Assembly: GCA_965238275.1 (NCBI GenBank)
Contig: OZ250186.1
Coordinates: 576,001 to 640,000, forward strand
DNA from: Nitrosopumilus sp.
GTDB lineage: Archaea > Thermoproteota > Nitrososphaeria > Nitrososphaerales > Nitrosopumilaceae
Reading direction: 5' to 3'
Length of the DNA stretch: 64,000 bases
Positions 50,570 to 59,674 of this stretch are shown in pieces. Each line of letters opens with the position of its first letter. The stretch's first letter is position 1. Below the pieces are notes generated by a model. It did no database searches and had not been told where the DNA came from. It saw only the letters and a list, made by a program, of their open reading frames with translations. Made by a program: the position numbers and the translations under genes.

Positions 50570-52030
50570 GTGTTTGTTGGTGTGAATAGGGAGATCGCCT
50601 TTGTACTCAACTATGCGTTAAGCAAGGGTGTTCAGATTCACCCAGATGCCTTTAAGATTCTGACCGGAATGGGCGGCGGGGGACTTGAGAGGATCATCAA
50701 GGGGATAGTCAAGGAGAAGACCAGGCAGGGGCAGTTTCAGATCACCAAGAGTGATTTGGAGGATTATCTTGGAATTAGTGAGGATCCGTCGTTGCGGGGG
50801 GAGGTCAGGGTGCAGTCTGACCCTACAGGCAGTGTTGCCACTGGGGAGGGGGTTAGTGGGTATAACGCCCTGTTTGCCAGCAGATTCAACAAGTTAAAAC
50901 AGATAATCTCCATGAGACCGGAGGCCAGAATGCTCAAGACAATTGCAGCAGCCAAGTCCCTCAAATTCGTAAAGCCCAGCGACGATATCTATGTCTGTGG
51001 TTTGGTATCTGAAAAGAACGTCAGTAGGAACAGGATGGGGTTGGTTTTGGAGGATCCGACCGGAAGTATTAATGTGACAGTGTATGATAACGAACTGCAA
51101 AAGACTGCAGACACTCTCTTGTTGGACCAGTTTGTCATGGCTAGGATCGGTCTGGGTAAAACCGGTTTTGCCATGAGGGATTTGATCTTTCCAGACATCC
51201 CAGACCACGCCCCAAACAAGGCCGAGAGTGATGTTTACGCGGTATTTCTCTCGGATCTCCATGTAGGAAGTAAGTATTTCATGGAAGAGGAGTTTGTACG
51301 GTTTGTCTCTTGGCTTTCAAGCCCGGATCCGGTGGCAAGAAGGATTCGTTTTGTTTTGATTGCAGGGGACATAGTGGATGGTGTGGGGATATATCCAAAC
51401 CAGGACAAGGAGTTGGTCTGCCAGACCATTGAAGAACAGCTTGCAAAGGTTGAGGGTGTAATAGATAGGATTCCCAAAAACATCAAGGTTGTAATCATGC
51501 CCGGGAACCATGATCCGGGTAGGAGGGCGCTGCCCCAGCCGGCAATTCCGCAGAAATACAACTCTGGTCTGTGGGAGAGAGATAACGTCATAATGGTGGG
51601 CAACCCGTCTGTAGTCTCACTAAACGGAGTAAGGGTTCTGATGTTTCACGGACAGAGCATTGATGATATTGTAAAGACCACGCCTGGCCTCAGTTACGAC
51701 AAGCCTGCAAAGGTGATGAAACACTTACTCAAGGCGAGGCATTTAAGTCCAATTTATGGTAGCCAGACGCCGATAGCGCCGGAGGTGGAGGATTTCATGG
51801 TGATAGAGGATGTGCCGGACATATTCCATGCAGGGCACGTTCATAGGGCGGAATTGGATATGTATAGGGGAGTCTTGGTTATCAATTCCGGTTGTTGGCA
51901 GAGACAGACCCCTTTCCAAACCAGTGTTGGAATAACCCCCAACCCCTGCATAGCATTCATAGTCAACCTGAAGACGTTTCAGGTGCTCATGAGTGATTAT
52001 ATGGATTCAGATGATATCGTGAAGGGTTAG
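50570..52030 (+). CDS. polB: DNA polymerase D small subunit DP1
   Basis: OB fold LEDPTG; SDLHVGS, GDIVDG, PGNHD, HG, RHLSPIYG, GHVH. Confidence 0.95.
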   Translation: MFVGVNREIAFVLNYALSKGVQIHPDAFKILTGMGGGGLERIIKGIVKEKTRQGQFQITKSDLEDYLGISEDPSLRGEVRVQSDPTGSVATGEGVSGYNALFASRFNKLKQIISMRPEARMLKTIAAAKSLKFVKPSDDIYVCGLVSEKNVSRNRMGLVLEDPTGSINVTVYDNELQKTADTLLLDQFVMARIGLGKTGFAMRDLIFPDIPDHAPNKAESDVYAVFLSDLHVGSKYFMEEEFVRFVSWLSSPDPVARRIRFVLIAGDIVDGVGIYPNQDKELVCQTIEEQLAKVEGVIDRIPKNIKVVIMPGNHDPGRRALPQPAIPQKYNSGLWERDNVIMVGNPSVVSLNGVRVLMFHGQSIDDIVKTTPGLSYDKPAKVMKHLLKARHLSPIYGSQTPIAPEVEDFMVIEDVPDIFHAGHVHRAELDMYRGVLVINSGCWQRQTPFQTSVGITPNPCIAFIVNLKTFQVLMSDYMDSDDIVKG

Positions 52031-53209
52031 GTCGTCTTGGAATGCTTTTTTTACCATCTCAGAAGAGACCGTAATTTTGTATTTTTTTGTCCTTCCGTGA
52101 ATTCCCTGATGGATCAGCCTGCCTGAGATGATCCCAGACAGTTCAATCTCACTTAACATTTGGGTGATTCGTCTCTGGGTGAGGTTGTCCCTCCCGACAA
52201 CCTTGCAGAGGTTTTTGTAGGAGACGTATATCTCTCCAGTACTCGATCCGTTCGCCTTTATTATTGCCAGAATTAGTAGTTTTTCGTGTAGTGGGTAAGA
52301 TTTGAGTGATGCCTCCTCCTTGTTCTCCTCTATTTTTTGGGAGGCCTCCCGGACATTGTCTGCTGTAACGTGGCCGGACTGCCGCCGTTCTGCAATCTCG
52401 CCGGCTACACGAATTAGGTCTATCGCCCTTCTAGCATCCCCGTGTTCGCTTCCTGCAAGAGCGGCGCATAGGTTTAGTGCAGATTCCTCAACGGATCCGG
52501 CCACAAACGCCTTGTTGATTCTCTCCTGAAGGATTCTTTTGATCTGTTCTGTGTTGTAGTTGGGAAAGACGATCTCCTCCTCCCCCAGGCTGCTGATCAC
52601 TCTGGGATCCAGATTCTCTTTGAATGTTAGATCATTTGAGATTCCCACCACCGTGAGAAACCCCGTACTCAGTCTCTCGTTTGCCCTAGTTAGTTGATAC
52701 AAGATGTCTTTTTTGGTTTTTGTAATTAGTTGTGCTAGATAATCAATCTCGTCTATCACAAATATTGTGTTAAGTTTGTCTTGGTTGATTTTGTTTAGTG
52801 ATCTTTTAAACACCTCACTAATCGCAAGGCCGGTGGTTGGTAGTTCCCGTTCCTCGATACCAAGCTGCCTACCCATACTCACCAACAACCCATAAAGTGT
52901 AGTCTCTTCCTTGGCATTGGAGTAGATCAATTTGATCGGAAAGTTTGATTTTTCCACCCGGTCCCGAATCTTTGATATCACTTTTTTAACCACCAATGTC
53001 TTGCCGGTGCCTGGTTTACCATACACCAAAAGGTTTGACGGTCTTGATTGTCTTAGGATTGGGAGTAGTGATTGGGTAACCATCTCCTGTTCTGCATCTC
53101 TATGAAGGATGGTGTCTGGTATGTATGTGAGATGAAGGATGTCCCTGTTCTGAATGATCACATCTCCAGACTCGGCTGCATCAAGCAACCTGTCTATTGG
53201 ATCAGACAA
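52007..53209 (-). CDS. cdc6: Orc1/Cdc6 replication initiator
   Basis: YIP..HR, YGKPGTGKT, IDEID, GDARRAIDL, C-terminal winged helix (GRTK). Confidence 0.96.
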   Translation of the reverse strand: MSDPIDRLLDAAESGDVIIQNRDILHLTYIPDTILHRDAEQEMVTQSLLPILRQSRPSNLLVYGKPGTGKTLVVKKVISKIRDRVEKSNFPIKLIYSNAKEETTLYGLLVSMGRQLGIEERELPTTGLAISEVFKRSLNKINQDKLNTIFVIDEIDYLAQLITKTKKDILYQLTRANERLSTGFLTVVGISNDLTFKENLDPRVISSLGEEEIVFPNYNTEQIKRILQERINKAFVAGSVEESALNLCAALAGSEHGDARRAIDLIRVAGEIAERRQSGHVTADNVREASQKIEENKEEASLKSYPLHEKLLILAIIKANGSSTGEIYVSYKNLCKVVGRDNLTQRRITQMLSEIELSGIISGRLIHQGIHGRTKKYKITVSSEMVKKAFQDDLTLHDII

Positions 53210-53259
53210 CCCACACACCTTTGTTTCCTATCAACACCATCTAACCTATCCCCTTCTTG

Positions 53260-53650
53260 GTTTAGAGTGGAATGGTTATTCTAGTTAAGTTTGTAATTAA
53301 TTATTTTTGCTTTAAAAAAAATAAGAAAAGGGTAGAGTGGAAATATAGGTGTGTGGGTTGCCGCGGACCTACGGTTAACACCATGTTGGTTGTTTGTTAA
53401 GAAACACACCAAAAAAGGTATTTTTGACCCCTTCATTTCCACTCTAGGCGTTAAGACGAGCCTTAACAGAGTTAACATGTGGTTTCTGACCCCTTCATTT
53501 CCACTCCAGTCACAAACAAGGTAGTTTTCCGCCAATCACACCCACCAACATGTTAACAACGACGGCCACCTAGAACCCCCTAGGCAGTCAATGTTAACAA
53601 ACCAACTCATTAACAAATTTCAAAGGATCCATTAATCTGTTAACGGCAGA
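53260..53650. other. Probable replication origin (oriC)
   Basis: Upstream of cdc6; ORB-like TAGAGTGGAA at 53263 and 53333; inverted GACCCCTTCATTTCCACTC(T/C)AG at 53426-53447 and 53488-53509; AT-rich tract 53281-53330. Confidence 0.88.
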
Positions 53651-53663
53651 TCCATATGATCCC

Positions 53664-54044
53664 ATGACAAAGAAACGGATCCGGATAGACATGGAGGACT
53701 CTGATGGAGCCAGATACGACATAAAACTAGAAGGAAACGTCACCCGGGAGAAGATTCTGAAGATATTTGAGATGATGGATCTGATGAACATCGAGGAGGA
53801 ACCAAAAACACCCAACACAGATTCGACAGGATCAAAGATCTGGCACGTTGTGGATAAGTTCTTCCCTACAGGGAACTTTACCTCTACAAACATACTTGAA
53901 AAGTATGAAGACGAGTTCAACAAACCAATCAAACTAAGCATAATATCCACATACCTGTCACGGTTTTCATCAAAAGGGAAGATTAACAGAACCAGAACCG
54001 GCCGGGAATGGACCTACCAAACCATAAAAATCACCCAAAGATAG
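53664..54044 (+). CDS. Origin-adjacent protein with C-terminal winged HTH
   Basis: FTSTNILEKY..LSIISTYLSRF..GKINRTRTGREWTY. Confidence 0.75.
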   Translation: MTKKRIRIDMEDSDGARYDIKLEGNVTREKILKIFEMMDLMNIEEEPKTPNTDSTGSKIWHVVDKFFPTGNFTSTNILEKYEDEFNKPIKLSIISTYLSRFSSKGKINRTRTGREWTYQTIKITQR

Positions 54045-54305
54045 GCGCCCCCACCTGCAACCCCACACAAACCCACTGGGGTGCCGGCATTCTGATGATT
54101 ATGCGTAGGCGTAGTGAGGCCAGGAGACCCCAAGATCACAAATCCACAACCCAGTATCATTTTTGCACAACCCACGGGTCGGCGTTGTGCCTAGCGGTGG
54201 GCAAAAACCCACAAAGACGCTGACGCTCAAACCATTATTGGCGCGTTGATTGTGTGATCTTGGTTGGGCGATGCTTCAACCACACACAACACACGCCCTA
54301 CCACA

Positions 54306-54914
54306 CTATGTTTTGATCCTTACTACACCCTTCTCCGTTATGGAGTATGTGTATGGTTTTGATTCCATGTTTCTTACCACGTATCCCTCATCATACAACC
54401 TCTTCATTAACCGCGACGTGTGTTCCCTGCTCTTTTTTAACATGGTTTGTATATCACGTGACGTCATTGGATTGTTTGTGATTAAATGTAACACATAATC
54501 TGTGGAGTTGAGGTGTTTGTTGGTGATTTCTGGCGCCGTGGTGGTTTCTGGGCTGGTTGTGTTTGTTAGCTGGTGTGGTTTGGCGGCTGGCGTGATCTGC
54601 GCGTTTGGTGTGGTTTTTGCCCCCCCCTCCCCCCAATTGGTGCGGGGCCGCACCGAAGCCTGTTCCTGAACACTACTTTTTACATCCTGCACGCCTAAAC
54701 TATCCAAACGTATCTTCATGTCTATTAACTGCCTCTCATAATACTTGAGCAGTTCTGACGGCGCGTCGTTGCTGGTCTTGTTTTTAGATTTGAAGTGCGC
54801 GTTGATGACATAATACACATACACACCTCCCACACCCACCAAAAACGCAACAATCACACCAAGAATCACCTCCAAATTCGGAATCTCTACCAACATCACA
54901 ACATCTGTAACCAT
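54306..54914 (-). CDS. Membrane-anchored winged-helix (MarR-like) protein
   Basis: N-terminal TM (VILGVIVAFLVGVGGVYVYY); coiled coil; low-complexity linker; MTSRDIQ..SREHTSRLMKRLYDEGYV..PYTYSITEKG. Confidence 0.8.
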   Translation of the reverse strand: MVTDVVMLVEIPNLEVILGVIVAFLVGVGGVYVYYVINAHFKSKNKTSNDAPSELLKYYERQLIDMKIRLDSLGVQDVKSSVQEQASVRPRTNWGEGGAKTTPNAQITPAAKPHQLTNTTSPETTTAPEITNKHLNSTDYVLHLITNNPMTSRDIQTMLKKSREHTSRLMKRLYDEGYVVRNMESKPYTYSITEKGVVRIKT

Positions 54915-55019
54915 ACCGTGATTTATTGTAACCGAATTAGATGATTTTACATTTTACGTTGACAAATTACACATATAATCACAACCAACTCCAATAAAAC
55001 AGCCCCAGCAACCAAACCA

Positions 55020-55382
55020 TCACAACTTAACCATTTGTTGGATAAGCTTTTCTATCACGTCAATTACTTCTTTCTCCTTTTCTGGGAACACATCACCATC
55101 TTTTATCACACTAACCTGATCCGAAATTTGTAAAATCACATCAATGTTATCAGGCACGAGTATGCCCAACCCACGCAAAAGCACGACTGTGTAAAACAGC
55201 GCAACCACCTTGTCCCTTGACTGGCCCACCTGTCTGTAGTATGCGCCCTTGGTGATGGCAAACTGTGCGTGCTGCAGGCCCATCTGGTTTGAAATAATTT
55301 CAATTTGTCGTTCTGTAAACAAGGATTTTTTAATAATATGACGAACAACGCTGTTAAAATTGGATTGATTAGAATCGGCCAT
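55020..55382 (-). CDS. Hypothetical protein with HTH-like N-terminus
   Basis: SLFTERQIEII..ITKGAYYRQVGQSR. Confidence 0.7.
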   Translation of the reverse strand: MADSNQSNFNSVVRHIIKKSLFTERQIEIISNQMGLQHAQFAITKGAYYRQVGQSRDKVVALFYTVVLLRGLGILVPDNIDVILQISDQVSVIKDGDVFPEKEKEVIDVIEKLIQQMVKL

Positions 55383-55446
55383 AGCTATACAAATCTGTAT
55401 ACAGCACCACAATTAAACTTTAAAATGTCATCTACAAACCAACCAT

Positions 55447-56196
55447 ATGGCAGGCAGTGTGGAGTCATTCCTAAGATCCGAACTGAAGGAGAAGAACACA
55501 CTACTCTTTGTACTGATTGACTCTGAGATGTCAGATCTGGAGGCGTCTGCCAGCTTGGCAGTTGGTGTGGAGAAGATCGGGGCATCTGCAATACTGGTTG
55601 GTGGTTCCTCTGTTACAGACCAGATGGGGATGGATGGCGTTGTTGCAGGAATAAAGAAAGGGGTTAAGATTCCCATCATACTGTTCCCTGGCAACATAAC
55701 CGGGGTCGTGCCTAGCGCAGACGCAATCCTGTTCAGCTCGCTTATGAATTCTGAAAACCCATACTTTATTACACAGGCCCAGGCGTTAGGAGCCCCAACC
55801 GTTGCCAAGTTCGGCTTGGAACCACTACCAACAGCATACCTGGTGATAGGGGATGGAACATCTGCGTGGTTCGTGGGCTCTGCCCGAGGCATACCGTTCA
55901 ACAAACCCAAAATAGCCGCCGCGTATGCCTTGGCAGCTAAGTTTTTGGGCATGAGGTTTGTGTACCTTGAGGCAGGTTCGGGCGCCAAAACCAACGTGAC
56001 GCCTGAGATGGTTAGGATGGTTAGGATGGCGTTTGATGGTTTTCTGATTGTTGGGGGAGGCATTAAGGACGCTGAAACCGCCAAAAGCTTGGCAGAGGCG
56101 GGCGCAGACGCCTTGGTCATTGGAACATTCCTTGAACAGGGCGGTCGCCTGGACAAGCTTCAGGGGATGGTGGATGCCATCCAAAACAGGGCATAG
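55447..56196 (+). CDS. Geranylgeranylglyceryl phosphate synthase
   Basis: LID, ILVGGS, ILFPG, SLMNS, YLEAGSGA, VGGGI, GADALVIGT. Confidence 0.93.
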   Translation: MAGSVESFLRSELKEKNTLLFVLIDSEMSDLEASASLAVGVEKIGASAILVGGSSVTDQMGMDGVVAGIKKGVKIPIILFPGNITGVVPSADAILFSSLMNSENPYFITQAQALGAPTVAKFGLEPLPTAYLVIGDGTSAWFVGSARGIPFNKPKIAAAYALAAKFLGMRFVYLEAGSGAKTNVTPEMVRMVRMAFDGFLIVGGGIKDAETAKSLAEAGADALVIGTFLEQGGRLDKLQGMVDAIQNRA

Positions 56197-56203
56197 TCAC
56201 GCC

Positions 56204-59200
56204 ATGTCTGAAAACACATCAATCTCCAGAATCAGGAGCGTTCCAATGCCCGAACACTATCACAAGTACTACTCGGATCTCTCAACTAGGACATACACAA
56301 TATTTGAGAAGGCCGCAGCGGCAAAATCCCACCTTGTTGACTCTTCTGGGATGGTAGAACCAAAAATAGCATTTGATCTGGCTGATCGTGTAGCAAAAAT
56401 GCATGATATTGACATTGCCGACCCACTTAGGAAGCTGTTACAAACAAACGGCAAGGAGGTGTCGGCACTCATACTGTCTGAGAGGATCGCCCTTGGCAAA
56501 TACTCGCCCCCGGATGCCACCATTGAAGAGAAACTCGACCTTGCCGTACGTGTGGGCCTTGCAATTGTGACGGAGGGGGTAACGATTGCCCCCCTTCAAG
56601 GAATCAGCGAAGTTACAATCAAAAGAAACAAGGACGGTTCAGAATATCTGTCAGTATCGATAGCCGGACCAATGCGTTCTGCAGGGGGAACCGAATCTGC
56701 CGTGACAATGCTGATTGCAGACCATGTGCGAAAAAAGGCCGGACTGTCCAAATTTCAGGCCAACTCGTTTGATGACGAAACGGGCAGGTTTGTAGAGGAA
56801 CTGAGGATATATGAGCGGGAGGCAAGCAGCTTTCAGTTTCATGTATTGGATCGGGACATCGAACACGTCATATCAAACCTGCCAGTAGAACTTGACGGGG
56901 TTGACACTGATCCTTTTGAGGTAGTCAACCATAAATCCATGGCCCGTATCAAGACTGATCGGGTGAGGGGCGGCGCCCTGCGCGTGTTAAACGACGGACT
57001 AATCGGCAGATCCAAGAAACTCCTTAAAAGAATAGAACTGTACAAGTTGGATGGTTGGGAATGGCTTAAGGATCTCGAGGGTGCAGTCCAGGCAGGTAAC
57101 AACCAGGAGGACGCTGCCACAAAAAGGATGCGCGAGGTGATTGCAGGAAGGTCGGTACTGTCAATGTCCAACAAACCCGGAGGGTTTCGTCTTAGGTATG
57201 GACGCGCCTGCAATACTGGATTTGCCGCAATCGGGATACATCCCGTAATAGCAGAAATTCTAAACCACACCATCGTAGTGGGGACACAAATCAAAACTGA
57301 TATTCCTGGAAAGGGGGCAACTGTTGCCTTTGTAGACTCCATCGAGACCCCGACAGTATTACTCAACAACGGCAGCGTCGTCAAGATCCGGGATCTGGAA
57401 CACGGAACCAAGATAAAAAACGAGATCAAAAGAATACTGCACCTTGGGGACATCCTCATATCTTTTGGCGATTTTCTTGAGAACAACGCACAACTGGTTC
57501 CATCCGGGTACGTTGAGGAGTTCTGGGCGGAGGAACTGAGGCACAGGATTGAGGCGCAGGATCCTGGCTGTCAGAGCATGACGCAGTTTCTCCTCAGGGC
57601 CCCGACTGTACACGAGGCAATAAAAATATCCCTCGAGTGCGGCATATCACTACATCCCAGTTTTTTATACTTCTGGGATCTGATCTCAACTAGGGAACTT
57701 AAAGAACTCCTCAAACCCCTGACATCAGACGAATCCGTAATCCGATACCCTTCTGGAACAAAACGAACTCTTGAGATGTTGGGAGTACCGCACAGGCTTG
57801 ACGGGGAGGATGTGGTTTTGGAGGGCACGGAGGCCACAGTGTTCCACCACCTGTTGTTCCAGAAGAAGCCGGACGTTGATGGAGATTCGGTTCCTGAGAT
57901 CCTGTCTGACTCTTCGGGAATCCAAATACGGAACAAATCCTCACGTTCCATAGGCGTCCGTATAGGGAGGCCTGAAAAGGCTGCTGCAAGGCAGATGAAA
58001 CCTCCAACACACATGCTTTTTCCGGTAGGCGATAAAGGGGGCCCCACCAGGGATCTACTTCGGGCCTCAAGAAACGGGAACTTCTTTACCAACATCTCCA
58101 ACAGACGCTGCACCGGGTGCGGCCAGCTCTCAATTGGCATTAAATGTTCTATATGTGGTACCAAGACCGCAGTTACATACTACTGCCCAAACTGCAGGGA
58201 TGCAGTGGATGGTCCGAACTGCCCAAACTGCAGACGTGCGGCCCAGACCCACTCCCACAAGGAGTTTCCGCTAAAGGCAAGACTGATGCTTGCACAGGAA
58301 AGGATGAAGATACGTGCCCGCGAACCCCTCAAGGGGGTCAAGGATCTGATTGGGCAGGATCGAATTGCCGAACCCATCGAGAAGGGGCTGGCACGCCAGA
58401 GCTTTGGGCTTACCGTCTTCAAGGACGGAACTGTGCGGTTTGATGCCACAAACTCCCCGCTTACCCAATTCAAACCATCCTGGGTGGGAACCTCCGTTGA
58501 GAAACTGAAAGAACTTGGATACTCCTGTGATGTGGATGGGGAGCCGCTGAGTCGTCCCGACCAGATCCTTGAACTCCGTATGCAGGATGTGATACTTCCA
58601 TACGAGAGTGGGAGTTATCTGGTCCTGGTCACTAAATACATTGACACCCTTTTTGAGAGATTCTATGAAACCGAGCCGTTCTACAACGTCAAGGACCTGC
58701 ATGATCTCGTGGGCCATCTGGTGATAGGGCTGGCACCACACACCTCTGTTGGGATAGTGGGGCGCATCATTGGATTTACCAGCACCAATGTGTGTTTTGG
58801 AACACCCAACTGGCATTCTGCCAAGAGACGGGATGCTGATGGAGATGCCGACTCTGTCATGTTGTTGACAGACGCCCTGCTCAATTTTTCAAGACTGTTT
58901 CTCTCTGATCGGATAGGGGGGCTCATGGATGCGCCACTACTCATCCAGCCCTTGGTCCTGCCCCACGAGTCACAGCCGCAGGCACACAACCTTGAGGTGG
59001 TAAAGTCGCTACCGCTGGAATTTTTCGAATCCACCCTCAAATGTACCCGTGCCTCGGATGTCTCGTCAATAGAGATTATAAAGTCACGTCTGGATACTGA
59101 GAGGCAGTTCCATGATTATTTTTTTACCCACACCACCTCATCTTTGATTACATCAAAGACGCGTAGTGCCTACTCGACTCTTGGATCCATGCTTGACAAG

Positions 59201-59581
59201 TTTGACATGCAGATAAGGAACGCCGAGTTGATTGATGCCGTGGATACAACCGAGATCGTCTCAAACGTCATAACCACCCACTTTGTTCCCGACATAGTAG
59301 GAAACCTCAGGTCGTACGCCAAACAAAAATTCAGATGCATGGCATGTGGGCTTTCGTATCGGCGCACACCCCTTACCAAGACATGCCAGTGCGGCAACGA
59401 ACTGCTTCCCACCATTACAAAAGCCTCAATTGTAAAGTATCTAAAACTCGCAAAGAGGCTGGTTGTCACATATGACGTGGGCAGGTACCAGAGGGGAAGG
59501 ATACATGCACTCTCAGACGAGATTGAGCTGGTATTCGGGAAGAGTCGTGGGGATCAGTCCCTCCTTACCGACTACTCCTAA
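56204..59581 (+). CDS. polC: DNA polymerase D large subunit DP2
   Basis: AGPMRSAGGT, GGFRLRYGR, GRPEKA, FKDGTVRFD, HSAKRRDADGDAD; no intein seen. Confidence 0.97.
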   Translation: MSENTSISRIRSVPMPEHYHKYYSDLSTRTYTIFEKAAAAKSHLVDSSGMVEPKIAFDLADRVAKMHDIDIADPLRKLLQTNGKEVSALILSERIALGKYSPPDATIEEKLDLAVRVGLAIVTEGVTIAPLQGISEVTIKRNKDGSEYLSVSIAGPMRSAGGTESAVTMLIADHVRKKAGLSKFQANSFDDETGRFVEELRIYEREASSFQFHVLDRDIEHVISNLPVELDGVDTDPFEVVNHKSMARIKTDRVRGGALRVLNDGLIGRSKKLLKRIELYKLDGWEWLKDLEGAVQAGNNQEDAATKRMREVIAGRSVLSMSNKPGGFRLRYGRACNTGFAAIGIHPVIAEILNHTIVVGTQIKTDIPGKGATVAFVDSIETPTVLLNNGSVVKIRDLEHGTKIKNEIKRILHLGDILISFGDFLENNAQLVPSGYVEEFWAEELRHRIEAQDPGCQSMTQFLLRAPTVHEAIKISLECGISLHPSFLYFWDLISTRELKELLKPLTSDESVIRYPSGTKRTLEMLGVPHRLDGEDVVLEGTEATVFHHLLFQKKPDVDGDSVPEILSDSSGIQIRNKSSRSIGVRIGRPEKAAARQMKPPTHMLFPVGDKGGPTRDLLRASRNGNFFTNISNRRCTGCGQLSIGIKCSICGTKTAVTYYCPNCRDAVDGPNCPNCRRAAQTHSHKEFPLKARLMLAQERMKIRAREPLKGVKDLIGQDRIAEPIEKGLARQSFGLTVFKDGTVRFDATNSPLTQFKPSWVGTSVEKLKELGYSCDVDGEPLSRPDQILELRMQDVILPYESGSYLVLVTKYIDTLFERFYETEPFYNVKDLHDLVGHLVIGLAPHTSVGIVGRIIGFTSTNVCFGTPNWHSAKRRDADGDADSVMLLTDALLNFSRLFLSDRIGGLMDAPLLIQPLVLPHESQPQAHNLEVVKSLPLEFFESTLKCTRASDVSSIEIIKSRLDTERQFHDYFFTHTTSSLITSKTRSAYSTLGSMLDKFDMQIRNAELIDAVDTTEIVSNVITTHFVPDIVGNLRSYAKQKFRCMACGLSYRRTPLTKTCQCGNELLPTITKASIVKYLKLAKRLVVTYDVGRYQRGRIHALSDEIELVFGKSRGDQSLLTDYS

Positions 59582-59674
59582 CCATGATGCTCGGGGTGAC
59601 CAAGTACACGCTGTCCGCTCAAACCCGGCTACTACAAACCCCGTCTACTGGGGCCATTACAACAACTGTCCCGT

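Noticed and set aside
55428-56156. 242-aa antisense ORF, and similar long antisense ORFs such as 88-735, 2054-2698, 5208-5843, 26279-26908, 43287-43931 and 56839-57486
   Set aside because: They overlap well-supported genes on the opposite strand and are typical shadow ORFs
56204-59581. Possible intein in PolD DP2 or Cdc6
   Set aside because: Lengths are normal and no intein splice-junction or homing endonuclease motifs were seen
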